Below are positions 26,840 to 32,000 of a stretch of DNA of 32,000 nt, one piece after another. Source of the DNA: an uncultured SAR116 cluster alpha proteobacterium (GTDB taxonomy: Bacteria; Pseudomonadota; Alphaproteobacteria; Puniceispirillales; Marisalimonadaceae). Location: positions 203,282 through 235,281 of the forward strand of contig CACNWE010000002.1 in the NCBI GenBank assembly GCA_902623995.1, read 5' to 3'. Positions within the stretch are counted from its first letter, which is position 1, and every line of letters begins with the position of its first letter. Made by a program: the position numbers and the translations under genes. The notes below the pieces were generated by a model. The model worked only from the letters and a program-made list of their open reading frames with translations. It was not told where the DNA came from and did not search any database.

Positions 26840-27298
26840 TTATCCCCTGCCCCTATAATTTGGAACATCATGATCAGGTAAAAATAGGTGTTGTGGTTTA
26901 TCACCAGTTTGCCAAAAAATGTCTATTGGAATACCGCCACGTGGATACCAGTAACCTGCTATTCTTAACCACTTAGGTGATAAAAGATCAATTATATCTT
27001 GTGCAAGTGATATGGTGCAATCTTCATGAAATGCGCCGTGATTTCTGTAACCTAAGAGATATAGTTTAAATGACTTGCTTTCTACTATATATTTATTTGG
27101 CATATAATCTAGAATTATATAGGCAAAATCTGGCTGAGAGGTTACTGGACATATAGAGGTAAACTCTGGACAGGTTAATCTAATGGAATAATCTATATCC
27201 TTTTTGGGATTATTTACTTTTTCAAGAATATTTTTGTCAGGATAATTTGGAATATTACTTTTATTACCTAGTGCATTAAGCTGATTTTGTTTTGTCAT
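26840..27298 (-). CDS. queF: NADPH-dependent 7-cyano-7-deazaguanine (preQ0) reductase, single-domain type
   Basis: CPEFTSICPVTSQPDFA (catalytic Cys) and GAFHEDC (QueF motif), 152 aa. Confidence 0.9.
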   Translation of the reverse strand: MTKQNQLNALGNKSNIPNYPDKNILEKVNNPKKDIDYSIRLTCPEFTSICPVTSQPDFAYIILDYMPNKYIVESKSFKLYLLGYRNHGAFHEDCTISLAQDIIDLLSPKWLRIAGYWYPRGGIPIDIFWQTGDKPQHLFLPDHDVPNYRGRG

Positions 27299-27311
27299 TA
27301 ATTAAACTTTC

Positions 27312-28220
27312 TTACGTTTGTGTATTAATAAGTATATTATTAGTTTTTTCTAATTTTGATAATATTATATCTTGCCATTCTTCAATACTTTCAACGGAAT
27401 AAGAATTTTTTGGGAATAACACACTTCTTGAAGCGTTTATCAATCCAAAATTTTTGAGACCAGTATAACTCTGGTCTGTAATTAGTGGAGCGCAGGCTTC
27501 AAGAGCGGAGGCTCCTTGGGCTCCATATCCTGGAACTAAAAATGGTGCACTTGGTAATTTTTTCCTTAAAGATATGGCTTGTTCCTTATATGTAGCTCCA
27601 GAGACAATGCCAATAGAAGATAATCCTGATTGACCATTATTTTTTTCAATAATTGGTTTTAGTATATTGGCTAAGTGTTCATAACATTTTAAATCTTGAT
27701 TAATTAAAATCTCTTGAATATCTTGTGAACCTTTATTACTGGTATGAACTAAAATAAATAAACCTGATCCAGTCTGATTTGCCTTACTAAAAAAAGGATC
27801 TAGGCTATCAAGCCCCAACCAAGGGTTTACAGTTAGTGCATCACTAGGGAATGGGGCATTTTTACCAAGATAAGCATTTGCATATGCTTTGCTTGTGCTG
27901 CCTATATCACCTCTTTTTGCATCCATTATTATCAGAAAGTCTTTAGAGTGTGCATATTTACACAAAGATGATAATAACATCATACCTTCTGGTCCTAATT
28001 GTTCAAACAATGCAATCTGTGGTTTTATAGCTGGAACTTTCCCAATAACAGCTTCTAGCAAAGAGAAACAAAATGTTTCAACTATTTTAATATTATTAAA
28101 TGTTCCATTTTCATTGAATATTTTTGGAATTAAATCTAAGTGAGGATCAATACCAAGACATAAAAAAGATTTAAACTTTCTTATTTGTTCTACAAGCCTG
28201 TCACCAAAATGATTGACCAT
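27312..28220 (-). CDS. pyrF: Orotidine 5'-phosphate decarboxylase (long, type 2)
   Basis: LCLGIDPH and MDAKRGDIGSTS signatures, 302 aa. Confidence 0.9.
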   Translation of the reverse strand: MVNHFGDRLVEQIRKFKSFLCLGIDPHLDLIPKIFNENGTFNNIKIVETFCFSLLEAVIGKVPAIKPQIALFEQLGPEGMMLLSSLCKYAHSKDFLIIMDAKRGDIGSTSKAYANAYLGKNAPFPSDALTVNPWLGLDSLDPFFSKANQTGSGLFILVHTSNKGSQDIQEILINQDLKCYEHLANILKPIIEKNNGQSGLSSIGIVSGATYKEQAISLRKKLPSAPFLVPGYGAQGASALEACAPLITDQSYTGLKNFGLINASRSVLFPKNSYSVESIEEWQDIILSKLEKTNNILINTQT

Positions 28221-28223
28221 CTA

Positions 28224-28490
28224 TTAATAAATACCTAGCGCATTTTTATAAGTTTTTAACAATGTTTCTTGTTCAAGTCTTTTGTCAACATCCATTTTCC
28301 GCAAGGCTAATATTTTTCTCATTATTGTTGGATCATACCCAATTGATTTTGCCTCAGAAAAAACTTCTTTAATGTCAAAATTTATATTATTCTTTTCTTC
28401 TGATAGCCTTTCAAGTCTTTCTATAAAACTCTTAAGTTTATCATCCCCTTTTTGAATTATTTCTTGGTTATTTTTTGAGTTTTCGTCCAT
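28224..28490 (-). CDS. gapR: GapR-like nucleoid-associated protein (DUF2312/UPF0335)
   Basis: LKSFIERLERLSEEKNNINFDIKEVFSEAKSIGYDPTIMRKILALRKMD closely follows the alphaproteobacterial GapR consensus. Confidence 0.8.
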   Translation of the reverse strand: MDENSKNNQEIIQKGDDKLKSFIERLERLSEEKNNINFDIKEVFSEAKSIGYDPTIMRKILALRKMDVDKRLEQETLLKTYKNALGIY

Positions 28491-28491
28491 G

Positions 28492-28791
28492 TTAATGATC
28501 TTTTATAATAGAATTTTCAAATTTATTTTTTTGATCTTCATTTGCATCAGTTTGGTATTTTTCTTTCCACACTGAGTGTGGCATGCCATAAACTATTTCT
28601 CTAGCGTGGTCTTTGTCTACTTTTAAACCAGTTTCTTCAGCTGCCTCTGAATACCACCTTGATAAGCAATTTCTACAAAAACCACTTAAATTCATAAGAT
28701 CAATATTCTGTACATCAGTTCTATTCTGAAGATGCTCTATAAGTTTTTTAAAAACAATAGATTCCACTTTTGTTTTTTGTTCATTATTCAT
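28492..28791 (-). CDS. DUF1244 family protein
   Basis: GFCRNCLSRWY motif and ~100 aa size. One-nt spacer to the gapR-like gene. Confidence 0.75.
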   Translation of the reverse strand: MNNEQKTKVESIVFKKLIEHLQNRTDVQNIDLMNLSGFCRNCLSRWYSEAAEETGLKVDKDHAREIVYGMPHSVWKEKYQTDANEDQKNKFENSIIKDH

Positions 28792-28887
28792 AATATTACC
28801 TTATTTTGAAATTTCTAAATAAGTTTTTTAATCTAAATTTAACACAAAGACAAATGAATTAAAAATTTGTAAACTTCTAAAAATTAT

Positions 28888-28903
28888 ATTAGCTTAGGCT
28901 AAT
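28888..28903. promoter_or_regulatory. Candidate MntR/DtxR-type operator (ATTAGC-TTAG-GCTAAT) overlapping the mntR-like promoter/leader
   Basis: Perfect 6-bp arms with a 4-bp spacer, 17 nt upstream of ATG 28920 and just before the AGGAG Shine-Dalgarno (28907-28911). It shares the TAGC-N4-GCTA core that I recall for the E. coli MntR box. Confidence 0.35.
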
Positions 28904-28919
28904 TTTAGGAGTTTTGTTT

Positions 28920-29333
28920 ATGATAAATGAAATTGAAATTAACTCTGACAGGTTTGCTCAAGTTAGAAATGCTAGAAATACAGAAATAGCTGAAGATTAT
29001 ACTGAAATGATAGCAGATTTGATTAGAGAGACAGGGGAAGCAAGAGCTGTCGATTTAGCAAAGCACTTTGGGGTAACTGGTCCAACAGTTAATAGTATTC
29101 TTAGGCGTTTGGTTAGAGAAGGTTTAGTAGAAAGCAGGCCTTATAGATCTATTTTTTTAACTGAAAAAGGTAAATTATTAGCAGATTATTGTAAAAAAAG
29201 ACATGATATTGTTTTCAATTTTTTAATAAAGATAGGTGTTAATGAAGAAGTTGCTAAAAATGATGCTGAAGGTTTAGAGCATCATGTCAGTACTGAGACT
29301 TTAAGTGTTTTTGAAAAATTTAATAAAACTTAA
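28920..29333 (+). CDS. mntR: DtxR/MntR family metal-dependent transcriptional repressor (no SH3 domain, MntR-sized)
   Basis: EDYTEMIADLIRETGEARAVDLAKHFGVTGPTVNSILRRLVREGLV (winged HTH) and the metal-site region AEGLEHHVS. ATG 28920 has an AGGAG 8 nt upstream; the TTG at 28914 in the ORF track is too close to it. Confidence 0.8.
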   Translation: MINEIEINSDRFAQVRNARNTEIAEDYTEMIADLIRETGEARAVDLAKHFGVTGPTVNSILRRLVREGLVESRPYRSIFLTEKGKLLADYCKKRHDIVFNFLIKIGVNEEVAKNDAEGLEHHVSTETLSVFEKFNKT

Positions 29334-29337
29334 AAGT

Positions 29338-30825
29338 TTATATTATTTCTCCTACATACAGATAATAAATTCGTTCTAAATTATTAACTGTTTTTGTGGA
29401 AATACTTTTGATTAATTTAATTTCATTAAGATTATAGTTTTTCTCTTTTAAATCAGGAAAATTTTTTATGATTAATATTTTTTCCCCTTTTGTTTTATTT
29501 ATTAAGTCGTAATTAAAATTCGATTCATAGAAATTACCAGGAACCAAGCTATTAGTTTTTATAAAAATTTTATTTTCAAATTCGTTTTTGTGACGATTAA
29601 GGTAATAATTAAATCTTGAAATATCTCCTCTTTTTTCAAAAATTATTTTTGATGCTTTTTCCGCTTTAAATGTTTCATGTATTTTTGAAGCAAGGTTTTC
29701 AAATCCTAAATTTTTTCTTAGTGGATTAGATTTTAAATTTAATGGGTAAAAACTTCCATTGATTGTAATAGTTAATATATATGCTGAAATAGCAATATTT
29801 AAAAAAAGTCCCAAATAAAAAGATATTTTAAAGACAGCACTTCGTGTTTTGGTTACATAGTAACTTATGATAAGAGTTGCACCTACATAAGCTGTAATTG
29901 CCCAATTAGCATTTGCAATTTTTAAAAAACTTTGAACTGTAATCAAAAAAATTATAGGAAAAGAAATCATAGCTAATAGAGTAATGTCTCGGTCTTTAAA
30001 AAAACTATCTATTATTACAAAAAGGTATAATAAAAATAATAAAGGCCCAAAGACCAAAAATTGAGATGATAAAAAATCAAGCACATTATTATAGTTCAGG
30101 CTTATTACTGAAAGATTTGCGTTTGAAATAGTATGATTTACCGTTGAAAAGTCATTTAAATAATTCCAATATAAGTTTGGGCTTGCTATCAAAAAGCTTG
30201 TAAACAATATAATAAAAATTTTTTTTACACTTAAAAATGTACTTCGGTCGTAAACTAGCCACCATATAATAAAGAAAATCAAAAAATATAAAGCGGCATA
30301 TTTGGATAAAAATGCGAAGCCTAGAAACATGCCAACAAATAAAGATGAAAGGCTAGAATTATGTCTCAAAGAAATTAATAACAAAAACAAAGATAAAGAC
30401 CAAAATAACAATAGTGGAGTGTCAGTTGAAATTATAAATCCGCCTAAAGAAGCTCCTGGTGTGAATATCCAGATTAAAGCTGCAACTTTTCCAGAGTTTA
30501 ACCCAAATGCAAATTTCGCAGCACCCCACAAAACTAAGGAAATCAATAAATGTGTAATTGGTGAAAAAAGTCTCACAGCCCATTCGTCATTTCCAAAAAT
30601 AAAAGTCGAGATTGAAATCATCCATGCTATGAATGGTGGTTTAGTAAAGTATCCAAAGTCTATATTTCTTGACCAATGCCAATATTGTGCTTCGTCAACA
30701 GACAATTCTATTGGGGAAACGTACAAAGAGTATATTCTTAAAGTAGTTATAATTATTAAGATGAATAGAGTTATAGGAGTGTTAAGTAAGGTAAATCGTC
30801 CCCTCTTGTTTCGGAGTGATAACAT
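29338..30825 (-). CDS. GT-C fold glycosyltransferase, family 39/83 (ArnT/PMT-like, polyprenyl-phosphate-sugar dependent)
   Basis: SVDEAQYWHWSRNIDFGYFTKPPFIAWMI (DE...KPP loop-1 signature), ~11 transmembrane helices and a ~130-aa soluble C-terminus. Confidence 0.8.
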   Translation of the reverse strand: MLSLRNKRGRFTLLNTPITLFILIIITTLRIYSLYVSPIELSVDEAQYWHWSRNIDFGYFTKPPFIAWMISISTFIFGNDEWAVRLFSPITHLLISLVLWGAAKFAFGLNSGKVAALIWIFTPGASLGGFIISTDTPLLLFWSLSLFLLLISLRHNSSLSSLFVGMFLGFAFLSKYAALYFLIFFIIWWLVYDRSTFLSVKKIFIILFTSFLIASPNLYWNYLNDFSTVNHTISNANLSVISLNYNNVLDFLSSQFLVFGPLLFLLYLFVIIDSFFKDRDITLLAMISFPIIFLITVQSFLKIANANWAITAYVGATLIISYYVTKTRSAVFKISFYLGLFLNIAISAYILTITINGSFYPLNLKSNPLRKNLGFENLASKIHETFKAEKASKIIFEKRGDISRFNYYLNRHKNEFENKIFIKTNSLVPGNFYESNFNYDLINKTKGEKILIIKNFPDLKEKNYNLNEIKLIKSISTKTVNNLERIYYLYVGEII

Positions 30826-30980
30826 TCCAATCTCCTAATTTAAATAAATTATTCTATATTTAGTAAAAATACAATATTATTGTGCTTTAAATATTTTTGA
30901 AAGCAGAATAAGTTTACGTTCTTGATTTGTTAGACATTAAAGTTTAATTAATAACTCAAGTCATTAAATGTGTGTTTTAG

Positions 30981-31397
30981 ATGAATTTTAGTAATGAAAT
31001 AAATGAATTAATTGAGGATTTTTCTTTTTTTGATTCTTGGGAAGATAAGTATCAATATCTCATTGATATGGGAAGAAATGTTCCTCAAATGGATGAAGCA
31101 CTTAAAACTGAAGAAAATAAAATGAAAGGTTGCCAATCTGTGGTATATTTTTGCAAATATTACAATGAAGATGGAACTATTACTTTTTTAGCTAACAGTG
31201 ATGCGGCTATAGTTCAGGGGCTTATTGCTCTAATGTTAAAAGTTTTTTCAGGAAAAAAACCTCAAGAAATTCTGGATACAAATATAAATTTTCTTGAACA
31301 AATAGGATTGAATGATCATTTGTCCCCTACAAGGAAAAATGGTCTTTCTTCTCTTGTCTCTTCGATTAAAGATTCAGCTCAAGAGAAATTAAAATAG
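30981..31397 (+). CDS. sufE: Cysteine desulfuration sulfur-acceptor protein SufE
   Basis: DKYQYLIDMG, KGCQSVVYF (active Cys), GLSSLVSSIK, 138 aa. Confidence 0.85.
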   Translation: MNFSNEINELIEDFSFFDSWEDKYQYLIDMGRNVPQMDEALKTEENKMKGCQSVVYFCKYYNEDGTITFLANSDAAIVQGLIALMLKVFSGKKPQEILDTNINFLEQIGLNDHLSPTRKNGLSSLVSSIKDSAQEKLK

Positions 31398-31407
31398 GAA
31401 ATACAAT

Positions 31408-32000
31408 TTGGTCGTTTCTGGAAAGCAATATGAAATTTCTAGTTTAACTAATGATAAAGTTAAATTAATAAATAGTTTATATCATCGTAAATATAGAAGA
31501 GATTTGAATCTTTTTGTTGCAGAAGGTGTTCGAATTTGCAAAGAAGCTCTAGATAATAATTGGGAAATTAAATATTTATTATTTAGTAAAGAGAATAAAG
31601 ATAACTTGGCTATAATAGATTTAGTGAACGAAACAATCTCATTAGGTGCAGATACAATAGAGGTATCTTCTAGAATATTATCCAAATTGTCACATAAAGA
31701 TAATCCACAAAATGTATTAGGCGTTTTTATACAAAAATGGCATCGTCTTCCTAATTTAATTGATAATAAATGCATTGTTGCCCTTGAAAATGTGAGGGAT
31801 CCTGGTAATTTAGGTACAATACTAAGGACTATGGATGGTATGGGTGCTAGTGACTGTGTCTTAATTAATGAATGCACAGACCCTTTTTCATATGAGGCAG
31901 TAAGGGCTAGTATGGGAGCTGTTTTTAACATAAATATTATAGCCTCAAATCTTGAACAGTTTTTAAAATGGAAGTCTAATAAAAAAATTAGTTTGATTGG
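31408..32000 (+). CDS. SpoU/TrmH family RNA 2'-O-methyltransferase; the 3' end lies outside the window
   Basis: My own frame-1 translation, which is absent from the ORF track because no stop is reached: ...NDKVKLINSLYHRKYRRDLNLFVAEGVRICKEA...LENVRDPGNLGTILRTMDGMGASDCVLI...YEAVRASMGAVFNI. The frame opens after TAA 31390-31392. The only plausible start is TTG 31408, so the start is uncertain. Confidence 0.8.
   Translation, partial: MVVSGKQYEISSLTNDKVKLINSLYHRKYRRDLNLFVAEGVRICKEALDNNWEIKYLLFSKENKDNLAIIDLVNETISLGADTIEVSSRILSKLSHKDNPQNVLGVFIQKWHRLPNLIDNKCIVALENVRDPGNLGTILRTMDGMGASDCVLINECTDPFSYEAVRASMGAVFNINIIASNLEQFLKWKSNKKISLI

Noticed and set aside
30302-30838. 178-aa plus-strand ORF
   Set aside because: It is completely antisense to the GT39/ArnT-like gene, which has a convincing signature and transmembrane pattern. 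The plus-strand product is Lys/Asn-rich with no motif.
31482-31931. 149-aa minus-strand ORF from the track
   Set aside because: The plus strand over the same bases translates to an unmistakable SpoU/TrmH methyltransferase (LENVRDPGNLGTILRT...). It was missed by the track only because it runs off the window end.
1-32000. Search for tRNA, rRNA, CRISPR arrays, insertion sequences, integrases, toxin-antitoxin or known defence genes
   Set aside because: No G+C-rich structured islands are typical of tRNA or rRNA in any spacer. There are no spaced direct-repeat arrays. No ORF has transposase, integrase, nuclease-helicase or other defence-type motifs. All long ORFs are accounted for by envelope biosynthesis or housekeeping functions.

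Overview
This is a very AT-rich, tightly packed bacterial chromosome segment. The gene content (GapR/DUF2312, DUF1244, Lys/Asn/Ile-rich proteins, overlapping or abutting genes) fits a streamlined marine alphaproteobacterium of the SAR11/Pelagibacterales type; that assignment is inference, not proof. Positions 1-21.5 kb form a cell-surface glycan island. It contains a HisH-like amidotransferase (5' end outside the window) and a NodPQ-like sulfate-activation pair: CysD carrying a ~200-aa extra N-terminal region, and a CysN-CysC fusion. It also contains a GT-A-like and a GT4 glycosyltransferase, a tiny membrane ORF and a TagF-like transferase. Next comes a translationally coupled phosphonate operon (cytidylyltransferase-PEP mutase fusion, phosphonopyruvate decarboxylase, Fe-alcohol dehydrogenase) and a divergent polytopic LtaS/EptA-like alkaline-phosphatase-superfamily protein. 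The island ends with a PglA-like GT4, a WbpL/WecA-type initiating transferase and a nucleotide-sugar tailoring set (Gfo/Idh/MocA oxidoreductase, cupin, TylCIII-like C-methyltransferase, LmbE deacetylase, PglF/CapD dehydratase). Positions 21.5-32 kb are housekeeping genes: pyrC, FMN reductase, pterin carbinolamine dehydratase, acetoacetyl-CoA synthetase, MFS transporter, queF, pyrF, gapR-like, DUF1244, mntR-like, a GT39 glycosyltransferase, sufE and a SpoU-type RNA methyltransferase (3' end outside the window). I saw no rRNA, tRNA, CRISPR, transposase or integrase. The most interesting signal is the phosphonate module. It is a Fom1/Fom2/FomC-like trio that should end at CMP-activated 2-hydroxyethylphosphonate. 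It is flanked by a cytoplasmic TagF-like transferase and an extracytoplasmic LtaS-like transferase, and it sits in the same island as a PAPS-generating module. This suggests a teichoic-acid-like route to a phosphonylated, and possibly sulfated, surface glycan. All functional calls rest on motifs read from the supplied translations; no database search was run.
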